A stretch of 64,000 nucleotides of DNA from an uncultured Gemmatimonadales bacterium. Lineage in GTDB: Bacteria > Gemmatimonadota > Gemmatimonadetes > Longimicrobiales > RSA9. The position numbers were made by a program, and so were the translations under genes. Location: positions 3,904,001 to 3,968,000 of the forward strand of contig OY970192.1 in the NCBI GenBank assembly GCA_963708135.1. Direction: 5' to 3'. Each line of letters opens with the position of its first letter. The first letter of the stretch is position 1. The notes under the pieces were generated by a model. That model worked only from the letters and a program-made list of their open reading frames with translations, was not told the DNA's origin and did not search any database. Below are positions 49,971 through 61,637 of this stretch, piece by piece.

Positions 49971-50831
49971 ATGAGCATCCGCACGGCGGGACCGGCATTG
50001 CGCCAGGAAGCAGCCTGGCTGGCGAAGGCGGCGTTCGCGTGGACCGCCTGGTCGCTGGCGCTCGTCCTGCCGCTCGGTCGCAGGCCGCTGGTCGGCGTTC
50101 CGCTCGCCGGGCTCGCGCTCGTGGGCTTCCTCTGGTACAACCTGCGGCGGCGGGCGGGAACCCGGTGGGACCCGCCGCGGCGGCGCTTGCCGTGGGCCGT
50201 CTGGCGCCTCCTCGCCGTGCTCGCCATCGGGCTGGTGCCGTGGTTCCTCGCAACGCAGACGCTCTATTCCTCGCTCCGCGGCCCCCTTCCTGTCGACGGG
50301 CCTGATTTCCTTCACTTTGCCCACAAGTCCGTCGGAGGGTTGACTGCTGCCTACATCCTGATTGTCGTCATGCCACTCCTCGAGGAGTTCGGCTTCCGGG
50401 GGTGGCTCCAGGCATCGCTCCAGCAGCGCCTCGGCCCCGCCCTGGCCATCCCCATCGCCTCCGCGATGTGGGCGATTGCCCACGGCACCGCGGTCTTCGT
50501 TCCGGTCTTCCTGCTCGGCCTCGTGATCGGGTCGGTCATGTGGATCACGGGCTCCGTCTGGCCGTGCTTCCTCATCCACGCCCTGCACAATGCCATGGCC
50601 GTCATTCCCGACTCGATCGGCTCCGGAGCCTCGCGCGCGCTCGAGCCGCTGCTCGGTCCCGGGGCAGGCCCCGCGCGCCAGGCCATCTCCCTCGTGGTAT
50701 TGACGATCGCGCTCGGCGTCCTGCTTGCGCCGATCGTGCGCCTGTGCCGCGCCATTCCGGCGGAGCCGCACGTGCGGCCGGAGCTGCCAAGCCGCCTGGA
50801 CCGCGCGAACGCACCCCCCGCGCAAGCCTGA
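49971..50831 (+). CDS. CPBP/Abi (CAAX-like) intramembrane metalloprotease, candidate immunity protein
   Basis: EEFGFRG, WAIAH, HALHN motifs; multi-TM; AGGAG RBS. Confidence 0.88.
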   Translation: MSIRTAGPALRQEAAWLAKAAFAWTAWSLALVLPLGRRPLVGVPLAGLALVGFLWYNLRRRAGTRWDPPRRRLPWAVWRLLAVLAIGLVPWFLATQTLYSSLRGPLPVDGPDFLHFAHKSVGGLTAAYILIVVMPLLEEFGFRGWLQASLQQRLGPALAIPIASAMWAIAHGTAVFVPVFLLGLVIGSVMWITGSVWPCFLIHALHNAMAVIPDSIGSGASRALEPLLGPGAGPARQAISLVVLTIALGVLLAPIVRLCRAIPAEPHVRPELPSRLDRANAPPAQA

Positions 50832-50834
50832 CCA

Positions 50835-52037
50835 ATGGACGCCGGGTTGGCCGCGCCGGAGCTTCCCACGCTTGACCTCGACGGCTCCGTGGACTTCTAC
50901 CTCGCGCGCACCGCGCCCCGGTCGCGCCCAGCGTTCCTGCCCCTCCTTCTCGCCATCGGCCTCGCGCTGGCGTTGCTCCCGGTCGTGCAGGTGACGGTGA
51001 CCGTCTCCGCACCAGGCGTACTGCGCCCGCAGACGGAGCGGCACGACGTGCTGGCGGGCGTGGCCGGCGTCGTCGCGGCGGTGCCGGTCCGGGACGGTCG
51101 GGCCGTGACGGCGGGCGAGCTCCTCGTGGCGCTCGCACCCGGCGCCCTCGAGGCGCGCAGCCGGGCGGCCGCGGCCGAGCTCGATGCGGCCCACGTACGC
51201 GCCGCGGACCTCCAGGCGCTCGTGACCGCCGGCCCCGAGCACGCCTCGCTCCGGACAGGCGAGCTCGTCGAGTCGGCGCTGCGGGCCTCCCGCGAGCGTG
51301 CGGACCGTCGTCTCGCGGCCGCGAGCGCCGAGCGCGCTCTGGGGCGCTTGCGCCGCCTCGATGCCCGGGGTCTCGCGGCGCCCGCCGAACTCGAGGACGC
51401 CACCACGCGGGCGGCCCAAGCGCGCGCCACGGTGGATGCGCTCGTCGCCAGCCAGACCGCCGATTGGCAGGCCGAGCTCGCGCGCTCGAGCGAGCAGGTC
51501 CGCTCCGCGCTGGCCAATGTGGCCGCGGTGCAGGAGGAACGGGCCGGGCAGCTGATCCGCGCGCCGATCGGCGGGACGATCGAGATCCTGACGCCGCTCT
51601 CGCCGGGAAGCTTTGTGGCGGCCGGTCAGCGCATCGCGGTGGTTTCCCCGGCGGGGCCGGTGATCGCGGAGGCGTACGTCTCTCCCAGCGACGTCGGACT
51701 GCTCGAGCCGGGCGCGCCCGTCCGGCTCCTGGTGGACGCCTTCGACCACACGCGCTGGGGGGCGCTCGCGGGCCGGGTCTCCACCATCGCGGATGATGCC
51801 GCCATCGTGGATGGTCGCGCCAAGTTCCGCATTCGCTGCGTTCTCGACCATCAGCGGCTGCGCCGTCCCGGCGGCGGCGTCGGCATCCTGCGGAAGGGAA
51901 TGACGTTCCAGGCCCGCTTCCCCGTCGGCCGCCGCTCGCTGTTCTCGCTGCTCCAGGGCCGCCTCGATCGCTGGATCGATCGCCGCGAAGGCGACGCGCT
52001 GCCCCGAGCAGCCGACGAGCAGCAACCCGGAACCTGA
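50835..52037 (+). CDS. HlyD-family membrane fusion protein
   Basis: N-terminal TM, lipoyl half-motifs (V.VRDG..VTAGELL; IRAPIGGTI), coiled coil, WGALAGRVSTI, LRKGMTFQAR. Confidence 0.9.
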   Translation: MDAGLAAPELPTLDLDGSVDFYLARTAPRSRPAFLPLLLAIGLALALLPVVQVTVTVSAPGVLRPQTERHDVLAGVAGVVAAVPVRDGRAVTAGELLVALAPGALEARSRAAAAELDAAHVRAADLQALVTAGPEHASLRTGELVESALRASRERADRRLAAASAERALGRLRRLDARGLAAPAELEDATTRAAQARATVDALVASQTADWQAELARSSEQVRSALANVAAVQEERAGQLIRAPIGGTIEILTPLSPGSFVAAGQRIAVVSPAGPVIAEAYVSPSDVGLLEPGAPVRLLVDAFDHTRWGALAGRVSTIADDAAIVDGRAKFRIRCVLDHQRLRRPGGGVGILRKGMTFQARFPVGRRSLFSLLQGRLDRWIDRREGDALPRAADEQQPGT

Positions 52038-52038
52038 C

Positions 52039-54243
52039 ATGCGACGCCGCGCCGTTCGCGTCCGCCAGCGCGACAGCTCCGACTGTGCCGCCGCATGCTT
52101 GGCCTCGGTCGCCGCATGGCACGGGCTGCGGCTTCCCGTCGCCCGCATCCGTCAACTCGCCGGCACCGACGCGCGCGGCACCACCGCGCTCGGACTGGTC
52201 CGCGCCGCAGAGGCGCTCGGGTTCCGCGCCAGGGGGGTCCGCGCGGCGCCGGAGGCCATTGCGGACGTGCCCCTCCCCGCGATCGCACACGTAACAAAGC
52301 CCGGAGGACGGCTTCACTTCGTCGTGCTGCACGACGTGCTCCACCGCGGCATCGCGGTCATGGACCCCGCCTCCGGCCGGATCGAGCGGATCCGCCACGA
52401 GGAGTGGGCCTCGCGCTGGACGGGCGTGCTTGTCCTCCTGGTGCCCGGAGACGACTTCCGGCCCGGCGGCGTCCCGGGATCCCCCACCCGCCGGTTCTGG
52501 CAGCTCGTCCGCCCGCACCGGACGGTCCTGGCGCAGGCCCTCCTCGGCGCGGCCGTCTACACGGTGCTGGGCCTGTCCACTGCGGTGTTCGTCCAGAACA
52601 TCGTGGACCGCGTGCTTCTCGATGGGGACCGGCGCCTCCTCGACCTCATGGGCATCGCCATGCTGGCGCTACTGGCCCTGCAGACCCGCATCGGCGTGGT
52701 CAAGGGGGTGCTCACTCTGGGAACGGGCCAGCGCATCGATGCGGCGCTCGTCCTCGGCTATTACCGCCACCTGCTCCGCCTGCCGCAACGCTTCTTCGAC
52801 ACCATGAGAGTCGGCGAGATCATCAGCCGCGTGAACGACGCCGTGAAGATCCGGGCGTTCGTGAATGACGTCGCGCTCGAGCTGACGGTGGACATGCTCA
52901 TCGTGAGCTCGGCTTTCACGCTGATGTTCCTCTACTCGCCACAGCTGGCCGGCCTCGTGCTGCTCGCGCTGCCGACGTATGGGATCGTCTACGCCGTCGC
53001 CAACCGTCTTAACCGGTCCGGGCAGCGGGGGCTGATGGAGAGGGGCGCCGAGCTGGAGGCCCAGCTTGTGGAGTCCCTCGGCGCTGCGGGCACCATCAAG
53101 CGGTTCGCCATCGAGGACCACGTCGCCGTGGAGAACGAGCGCCGCTTCGTCGCCGTCCTCGGCGCCGTCCGTCGTTCGGCTCTGACCACCATCGGCGCCG
53201 GTGCGGCCGCTCAGGGGGTGAGCCGCCTCTTCACGATCCTCCTGCTCTGGTGCGGCGCCGCGCTCGCTCTCCAGGGCCGCCTCACCACCGGTCAGCTCCT
53301 CTCCTGCTACACCCTGCTCGGCTATCTCACCGGACCCGTGGCCGCGCTGGTCGGCATGAACCGGACGCTGCAGGACGCGCTCATCGCCGCCGACCGCCTC
53401 TTCGAGATCCTGGACCTCGAAATCGAGCCCGTTCCGGAGCATCCCGCCGCGTTCGACGCCGGCTCCCCCTGCCGCGTCCACCTCCGGCATGTGACCTTCC
53501 GCTACGGCGCGCGGCCGCCGCTGCTCGAGGGCCTTGATCTGGTCCTCGAGCCCGGCCGGCTCACGGCACTCGTCGGCGAGAGCGGCTCCGGCAAGAGCAC
53601 CATCGCCGCGCTCATCCTCGGGCTGCACCCCGTCGATGCGGGGTGCATCGAGCTCGCGGGAATCGACCTGCGCCACCTGGCCCCCGACGGACTGCGTCGC
53701 GTGATCGGAACCGTGCCGCAACAGATCGATCTGTTCGCGGGCAGCGTCGTGGACAACGTCGCCCTCGGCGACCCGGCGCCTGACGTGGCGCGCGTCATCG
53801 AGCTGTGCCGGCGCCTCGGCCTCGACGCGCTCGTCCGCACGCTTCCGCTCGCCTACGACACCCCCATCGGCGAGCGCGGTGTGGCGCTGTCGGGCGGCGA
53901 GCGCCAGCGCCTGGCCATCGCACGCGCGCTCTACCGCGATCCACCTGTGCTCCTCTTCGACGAGGCGACCTCCTCCCTCGACTCCATCGCGGAGAGCCTG
54001 GTCCGGACCGAGCTGCTGCGCCTGCGGGACGAGGGCCGTACCCTCCTCGTGATCGCGCACCGCCTCGCCAGCGTGCGGGATGCCGACCGGATCATCGTGC
54101 TCGCCGCCGGCCGCGTCGCCGAGGAGGGCAGGCACGCCGAGCTCCTCGCCCGCGGGGGCGCCTACGCACGTCTCTGGGCTTCTCAGCACGGAGGGCCCGC
54201 CCCCAACCTGCTGGGCGAGCCCTCTCCCGCGCGATCGGCCTGA
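52039..54243 (+). CDS. C39 peptidase-containing ABC transporter (PCAT)
   Basis: QRDSSDCAAACL (catalytic Cys), HFVVL, MDPA; TM domain; GESGSGKST, LSGGERQR, FDEATS. Confidence 0.95.
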   Translation: MRRRAVRVRQRDSSDCAAACLASVAAWHGLRLPVARIRQLAGTDARGTTALGLVRAAEALGFRARGVRAAPEAIADVPLPAIAHVTKPGGRLHFVVLHDVLHRGIAVMDPASGRIERIRHEEWASRWTGVLVLLVPGDDFRPGGVPGSPTRRFWQLVRPHRTVLAQALLGAAVYTVLGLSTAVFVQNIVDRVLLDGDRRLLDLMGIAMLALLALQTRIGVVKGVLTLGTGQRIDAALVLGYYRHLLRLPQRFFDTMRVGEIISRVNDAVKIRAFVNDVALELTVDMLIVSSAFTLMFLYSPQLAGLVLLALPTYGIVYAVANRLNRSGQRGLMERGAELEAQLVESLGAAGTIKRFAIEDHVAVENERRFVAVLGAVRRSALTTIGAGAAAQGVSRLFTILLLWCGAALALQGRLTTGQLLSCYTLLGYLTGPVAALVGMNRTLQDALIAADRLFEILDLEIEPVPEHPAAFDAGSPCRVHLRHVTFRYGARPPLLEGLDLVLEPGRLTALVGESGSGKSTIAALILGLHPVDAGCIELAGIDLRHLAPDGLRRVIGTVPQQIDLFAGSVVDNVALGDPAPDVARVIELCRRLGLDALVRTLPLAYDTPIGERGVALSGGERQRLAIARALYRDPPVLLFDEATSSLDSIAESLVRTELLRLRDEGRTLLVIAHRLASVRDADRIIVLAAGRVAEEGRHAELLARGGAYARLWASQHGGPAPNLLGEPSPARSA

Positions 54244-54296
54244 GCCGCCCCTCACGGGCGGGGCGCGCCGCCGGCGCGCTCAGCGCCGTCCCGGCG

Positions 54297-54861
54297 CTAC
54301 CACCATTCGCCGGCCGCCGGTCGGTACGGAGCGTCGTAGCCCGCCTGCTCCGCCCAGCTTCCACGCTCCCACCGGCCGATGCGCTCACCACCCCGGGCCG
54401 CGCCCCGGCCATTGCCCGCTGCGGCCGCCGTACGCCCCATGCCCGCCACCGAGAAGCGCGGCCCCAGAGGCTCCGCGCTATACCGGCCGTGCAGGTCGGC
54501 CTCCTGCCGGCCTCCGAAGTCCCTCCCGTAGCCGCCGCGCAGCTCCTCGCCGTACCCGCCGCCGCGCGAATCGGGGGAGAGTCGGCCGCCCCACCCGTGC
54601 TCGCGCCAGCCGCCGTGCATGACCCGGAAAGGGGTATGTCGGGCGCGGTCGTCGAACGGGTCCGCCGCGCAATGTCTCGAGGTCGTCGGCGCCGTACGCC
54701 GCGTCGTAGGTGTCGTAGGGAAGGGTGGACGACGCAAGCTCGCCCCGGGGGCCCTCGCGGTGGCGGCCCGCGCCCCGGCGCCGCGCGCGGAGCGGACGGT
54801 GGGGGCCGAAGCCGGGAGAGAAGCTGCGCGGAGGATCGTACCCGAAGTCGTAGCGGGCCAT
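54297..54861 (-). pseudogene. Gly/Arg/Tyr-rich hypothetical protein with an apparent single-base frameshift near 54628
   Basis: AGGAG RBS plus MARYDFGYDPPR...PTYPF continues in style as FRVMHGGW...GYGRDFG...GYDAPYR in another frame. Confidence 0.4.
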
Positions 54862-55016
54862 GGTCGTTCTCCTGTGCCGGCGGAAGCACCGCGCGCCAAG
54901 GCTCCCGGCGAGCGGTCCACCCCGCGGCATCCACTGGACAAATGCCGTGTGGGGTGTCAGCATTGGAGGCGCGAAATCCCGTCCGGGAAAGCACTTGCAC
55001 CGATCGCGAGCTGGAC

Positions 55017-56990
55017 ATGGAACCTACCGGTACCACGGCGGACCTGTTGCGCGGCCACGTCCTGATGCGCGGCCTCTCCGAGGAGGAATGCGCGATCCTG
55101 GCGAGCATCGCCCGCCCGATCTGCTATCTCCCCGGCAGCTACATCTTCCACGAGAGCCAGCCCCGCCGCGCGTTCGGCATCATCACACGGGGCTCGATCG
55201 AGATCCGGAAGGGCCGTCGCGGGCGCCCCGAGGTGCTCCACATCCTCGGCGCCGGCGATTCCTTCGGCGAGGGCAGCCTGCTGGACGACTACCCGCACTC
55301 GACCTCCGGCTACGTGGCCAGCCCGACCGAGCTGCTCCTCATCGCGCGCGAGGACGTCAGCCGCATCGGGAGCGAGAATCCCGGCCTCTACGCCCATCTC
55401 GTCGCGAACGCCGCCGGCACGATCGCGAGCCGCCTCAGGGCCGTGAACGCCCGCCTGGCGGGCCGCGGCGAGACCTACCTCTCCGGCGCGCTGCGGAGGG
55501 AGAAGGACCTGCTCGGCGAGCGCGAGGTCCCCGACCACTACTACTACGGCATCCAGACGCTGCGCGCGGTCGAGAACTTCCCGATCACCGGTATCCCACT
55601 CGCTCAATACCCGCACCTCGTCAAGGCGCTGGCCGCGGTGAAGGAGGCGGCCGCCGCCGCCAACCTCGAGCTCGGGCTGCTCGATGAGCCGGTCGCCAGC
55701 GCGATCATCCGCGCCGCCCGCGAGATCCGCGCGGGCGGCCTGCACAACCAGTTCGTCGTCGACGTGATCCAGGGCGGCGCCGGCACGTCCACGAACATGA
55801 ACGCCAACGAGGTAATCGCGAATCGCGCCCTCGAGCTGCTGGGCAGGCGCCGCGGCGAGTACGCCGTCGTCCACCCCAACAACCACGTCAACCTCTCGCA
55901 GTCCACCAACGACGTGTACCCGACGGCCGTGAAGATCGCCGGCAACTGGGCGCTCCGTGAGCTCGAGCAGGCGCTGGCCGCCCTGCGCGACGCCTTTCTC
56001 GCCAGGGCCGACGAGTTCGCCGACATCGTGAAGATGGGACGCACCCAGCTCCAGGACGCCGTCCCCATGACGCTCGGCCAGGAGTTCCACGCCTACGGCG
56101 TCACCATCGGCGAGGACATCGAGCGGCTGCGCGAGGCCGCCGCGCTCATCCGCGAGATCAACATGGGCGCCACCGCCATCGGCACCGGCATCAACACCGA
56201 CCCGCGCTACGCCGCCGTGGTCCGCCGCGAGCTCTCCACCATCACCGGCCTCGAGCTGATCACGAGCCCCGATCTGGTCGAGGCCACCTCCGACACCGGC
56301 GCCTTCGTCCTGCTCTCCGGCGTCCTCAAGCGCGTGGCCGTGAAGCTCTCCAAGATCTGCAACGACCTGCGGCTGCTCTCGAGCGGCCCGCGCGCCGGCC
56401 TCGGCGAGATCAACCTGCCGCCCATGCAGCCCGGCTCGAGCATCATGCCGGGCAAGGTCAACCCGGTGATCCCCGAGGTCGTCAACCAGGTCTGCTTCCA
56501 GGTTCTCGGCAACGACCTCACTGTCGCGCTCGCCGCCGAGGGCGGCCAGCTCCAGCTCAACGTCTTCGAGCCGGTCATCGCCTTCAACATCTTCCAGTCC
56601 GTGGACATGCTGACGCAGGCCTGCATCGTGCTCCGCGAGCGCTGCGTCCTCGGGATCACCGCCAACCGAGACCGCATCCGGCACATCCTCGAGAACAGCA
56701 TCGGCGTGGTCACCGCGCTCGTCCCCTACATCGGCTACGAGCGCGCCGGCGCCGTGGCCGGCGAGGCGCTCGAGACCGACCGCGGCGTCTACGACCTCGT
56801 CCTCGAGAAGGGCTTGCTCACGCGCGGCGAGCTGGACGAGATCCTCTCCCCCGACGCCATGACCCGCCCCCGTCCGATGCCCGCAACCGCCATCCGCCCC
56901 GGCGCCCCCGCCGCCGACCCTGGCCCCGAGGCACCGCCCCCCGCCGGGAACAACCGCTCCGCCGCCGCGCGCCCGGAGCGCGGACCGTGA
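55017..56990 (+). CDS. aspA: Aspartate ammonia-lyase with N-terminal cyclic-nucleotide-binding domain
   Basis: N-terminal YIFHE...G.I.I...LGAGDSFGEGSLL; then REKDLLG, YYGIQTLRA.ENF, GGAGTSTNMN, GRTQLQDA, GSSIMPGKVNP. Confidence 0.92.
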   Translation: MEPTGTTADLLRGHVLMRGLSEEECAILASIARPICYLPGSYIFHESQPRRAFGIITRGSIEIRKGRRGRPEVLHILGAGDSFGEGSLLDDYPHSTSGYVASPTELLLIAREDVSRIGSENPGLYAHLVANAAGTIASRLRAVNARLAGRGETYLSGALRREKDLLGEREVPDHYYYGIQTLRAVENFPITGIPLAQYPHLVKALAAVKEAAAAANLELGLLDEPVASAIIRAAREIRAGGLHNQFVVDVIQGGAGTSTNMNANEVIANRALELLGRRRGEYAVVHPNNHVNLSQSTNDVYPTAVKIAGNWALRELEQALAALRDAFLARADEFADIVKMGRTQLQDAVPMTLGQEFHAYGVTIGEDIERLREAAALIREINMGATAIGTGINTDPRYAAVVRRELSTITGLELITSPDLVEATSDTGAFVLLSGVLKRVAVKLSKICNDLRLLSSGPRAGLGEINLPPMQPGSSIMPGKVNPVIPEVVNQVCFQVLGNDLTVALAAEGGQLQLNVFEPVIAFNIFQSVDMLTQACIVLRERCVLGITANRDRIRHILENSIGVVTALVPYIGYERAGAVAGEALETDRGVYDLVLEKGLLTRGELDEILSPDAMTRPRPMPATAIRPGAPAADPGPEAPPPAGNNRSAAARPERGP

Positions 56991-57863
56991 GCGCCCCGGC
57001 GCCATACACCGCCCCGGCCGGCCTCCGCACCGGACCCGTACACCTCGCCGTCCTCGATCTGCCCCGGATGGAGGCGTTCCACCGCGAGCTGCTCGGCCTC
57101 GAGCGCCTGCCCCACCCGCTGCCCGCCCAACGCGACGAAGCCGCCGCAGCCCCCGTCGCCTTCGGGCCCCCGGGAGGGCCGCCGCTGCTGCTCCTCTCCT
57201 CCGGTCCCGGGCTACGCCCCCGCCCGCCCCACACCACCGGCCTCTTCCACGTGGCGCTGCGCGTGCCCGACCGCCCCGCCCTCGCCCGCGTGCTGCTCCG
57301 CCTCCACCGCCGCCGCGTGCCGCTGGGCGCCTCCGACCACCGCGTCAGCGAGGCGCTCTACCTCGAGGATCCGGAGGGCAACGGGATCGAGATCTACGCC
57401 GACCGGCCGCGCGAGAGCTGGCCCGCGGATGATGGCACGCTCGTCATGACGACCGAGCCGCTGGATGTGGAGGAGCTGCTCAGGACGGTCGGTGGACCGG
57501 GCGCCGAGGACGCCACCCTCCCGCCAGGCACCCGCGTCGGCCACATCCACCTGCAGGTCTCCGACATCCCGCCTGCCGTGCGGTTCTATCAGGAGGCGCT
57601 CGGGCTCGAGCTGCAGGCGCGCTACGGCCAGGACGCCGCGTTCCTCTCCGCCGGCGGATACCACCACCACATCGGGGTGAACGTCTGGGCGAGCCGCGGC
57701 GCGCCGGCGCCGCCGCCGGACGCCGCCGGCCTGCGCTGGGCCACGATCGAGCTGCCCTCTGCGGCCGACGTCGCCGCGCTCGGGGAGCATCTGGGGGGGA
57801 GTGACTGGGGCTTCGAGCGGGAGGGTGCCGGGCTCGCGCTGCGCGACCCGGCGGGAAACGCGC

Positions 57864-59216
<1,353 letters not shown>

Positions 59217-59532
59217 GATGGTGTGTTTCGCGGTGTCGATCTGCCTCGCCCGCGTGCCCGAAAATCGGCGCTCCGTCGCGCAGAACTCCCTTGACGATCC
59301 AAAGTGCGAGGCCTACTGTATCGGAGCCTTTTGCGGCATGGCTCCGCGCCGGTCGGGGGTGTCTGGCCGGCGCGAGCGTCGGGCCAGCAAGTTGGTCCCG
59401 CGCACGGGGTCGCGCAAGGGCAGGAACCTTGCGTGACGGCGGGACTCCCGACAGGGCTCGGCACCGCGCTTACGCCGGCGGACTCCATGTCCGCGGTCGC
59501 CCCGACGATTCACCCTCAGCGAGGAGCACGCC

Positions 59533-59829
59533 ATGAACAAGTCGGAACTGATCCAGGCTCTTTCCGAAAAGACGAAGATGACGAAGGCCGATGCATCGCG
59601 TGCCGTGGACGCGATCTTCAGCCCCAATGGCGGGGTTATCACGCGGGCCCTCAAGAAGGGCGACAAGGTGCAGATCACCGGCTTCGGCACCTTCGAGACC
59701 CGCCAGCGGAAGGCCCGCACCGGCCGCAATCCGCGTACGGGGAAGGAGATCAAGATCGGTCCGACGACAAGCGCTTCCTTCCGTCCGGGCAAGGCGCTGA
59801 AGGACACCGTCAAGTCGCGGGGCCGCTGA
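59533..59829 (+). CDS. hup: HU family DNA-binding protein
   Basis: MNKSELI...GFGTF...RTGRNPRTG...F.PGKALKD. Confidence 0.95.
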   Translation: MNKSELIQALSEKTKMTKADASRAVDAIFSPNGGVITRALKKGDKVQITGFGTFETRQRKARTGRNPRTGKEIKIGPTTSASFRPGKALKDTVKSRGR

Positions 59830-59860
59830 GCTACGGCGTCCGGCCGCGGACGCGGAGCAC

Positions 59861-59894
59861 CGAGGGGCCGCGCCTCCCGAGGCGCGGCCCCTCG
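59861..59894. terminator. GC-rich hairpin between convergent hup and helicase-like gene
   Basis: CGAGGGGCCGCGCCTC-CC-GAGGCGCGGCCCCTCG perfect inverted repeat; no clear U tract. Confidence 0.6.
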
Positions 59895-59960
59895 TCCACC
59901 CCGATGATGTGATTCCTTCTCACCCGCCACGCCCGCCGCCGCGCCCGCCGCCAGCGCGCG

Positions 59961-61637
59961 TCAGCCTTCTCCGTCCCCACCCCGGCGCGCCGGGCGCTGC
60001 CGCGGCCGGCCTGGGCCCGAGGTCCCGCGCGGCTTCCCGGCGCTCGCCTGCTTCCGGTCGTAGTCCACCCGGACGCTCCGCCCCTTGAGCGTCGTGCCGT
60101 TCAGCCCGCGGATCACGCGCTGCGCCGCGTCGCTCGGCACCTCGACGATCGAGAACGTGTCGCGCACCTCGATCTTCCCTACCTCACCGCCCGGGATCCC
60201 CGCCTCGCCGGCGATGGCGCCGACCAGGTCGCCCGGTCGGATCCGGTCCCGCTCGCCCAGGCTCACGAACAGCCGGACGAACGCGCGCGGCGGCGGCGCC
60301 CCCCGCGGCTCCCCACCGCCCGCCGAGGCGGCGCTCAGGCCGCGCGAGCCCTGCGCCTCTCCGGAAGCCGCCGGCTCCCCGGGCAGCGCGCCTCGGCGCC
60401 GGAGCAGCGCGCTCGCGGCCGCGGCCAGGTCCAGCGGCGAGAGCTCGTCCACGAGCGGCCCGAGCACCAGCAGCTGCGCCTCGAGGTCCTCCTCCTCCGC
60501 CGCCTGACGGAGCTGCTCGCGGTACGCGGCCAGCGGACCCGCGGCGCGCCGCTCGGCCGCGGCCGCGCCGCGGAACGGGCGCGGCGTCATGCCGGCCTCG
60601 CGCGCGATCCGCCGCAGGTGCGGAAGCTCCCTGGCGCCGAGCAGGACCACGCCGCCCGCCCGCCCGTGGCGCGCCACCAGCTGCTCCGTGTCGAACGGCA
60701 CGTCGTAGCTGACCGGCGTCCCATCCCCGACCGCCGAGGGATCCGCATCCGCTGCGGCAACGACGGCCTGGATCCCCGTCTCGCCCGCCGCGCCGATCCG
60801 GAAGCCCCGCACGGCCAGCATCTGCGCGACCTCGGCAGCCCGTTCATCCGTCCGGCAGAACACCACGATCGGGCCGGCCAGCGTCTCCTCGTCCAGCAGC
60901 GCGGCCAGCCGCACCGGCTTCTCCTCCTCGCGCACCGTCGCGAACCCGACCGCCGCCTGGCTCTGCGCCTCCGGTGCTCCGCGCTCCGTCGGACGGGGTG
61001 GCACCCAGAGCGCCCTGCGCACGTGCCGCTCGACGAGGTCCTCCACGGCCCCGTTCACCTCACCGGTCGTGACCAGCCGCTGCGCATCCCGCGGAAGCGA
61101 TTGCGTCAGCGGCTCCAGCGCGTCCAGGCCCACGAGCGCGAGCAGCGCCGACGCGCCCACCAGCACCATTGCCTCCACCCGCTCCAGCTTCAGCCCCGAC
61201 ACCCGCACCCGCTCGAGCGCGCCGTCCACCGATGCGACCAGCACGTCCACCGACGGCGTCGGCGCCGCCCACCCGGGGACCAGCGCCCCGAGATCCAGGC
61301 CCGCCGCCATCGCGAACGCCGCGACCGTCTCCGCCAGCCGAGCCGCGTGCTCCTCGGTCGCGGCCACCACCAGCGCGCGCGGCGCCGGCGCCGGCCCCTC
61401 GGCACCCTCACCCTCTGCCGCTCGCTCGCCCACGGACTCCGCCAGCCGATCCAGCAGCGGCAGCGCCCATGCCGCCGTGACCCCCGAGCCCGACGACGCC
61501 TGCACCACCGCGTTGCCGCCCCGGCGGATCACCGGCACGGCGGCGCGCTGCAGCGTCGTGGGCGCGGCGAACCCCGCAGCCTCCACCGCCCGTACCAGCT
61601 CCGGCCTGAGCCCGAGCTCCGAGAACCCCTCTGCCAT
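59961..61637 (-). CDS. Degenerate DEAD-box helicase-like protein with DbpA RNA-binding domain
   Basis: Q motif FSELGL...PTTLQ intact; catalytic motifs altered; C-terminal RLFVSLGERDRIRPGDLVGAIAGE...FSIVEV. Confidence 0.8.
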   Translation of the reverse strand: MAEGFSELGLRPELVRAVEAAGFAAPTTLQRAAVPVIRRGGNAVVQASSGSGVTAAWALPLLDRLAESVGERAAEGEGAEGPAPAPRALVVAATEEHAARLAETVAAFAMAAGLDLGALVPGWAAPTPSVDVLVASVDGALERVRVSGLKLERVEAMVLVGASALLALVGLDALEPLTQSLPRDAQRLVTTGEVNGAVEDLVERHVRRALWVPPRPTERGAPEAQSQAAVGFATVREEEKPVRLAALLDEETLAGPIVVFCRTDERAAEVAQMLAVRGFRIGAAGETGIQAVVAAADADPSAVGDGTPVSYDVPFDTEQLVARHGRAGGVVLLGARELPHLRRIAREAGMTPRPFRGAAAAERRAAGPLAAYREQLRQAAEEEDLEAQLLVLGPLVDELSPLDLAAAASALLRRRGALPGEPAASGEAQGSRGLSAASAGGGEPRGAPPPRAFVRLFVSLGERDRIRPGDLVGAIAGEAGIPGGEVGKIEVRDTFSIVEVPSDAAQRVIRGLNGTTLKGRSVRVDYDRKQASAGKPRGTSGPGRPRQRPARRGGDGEG

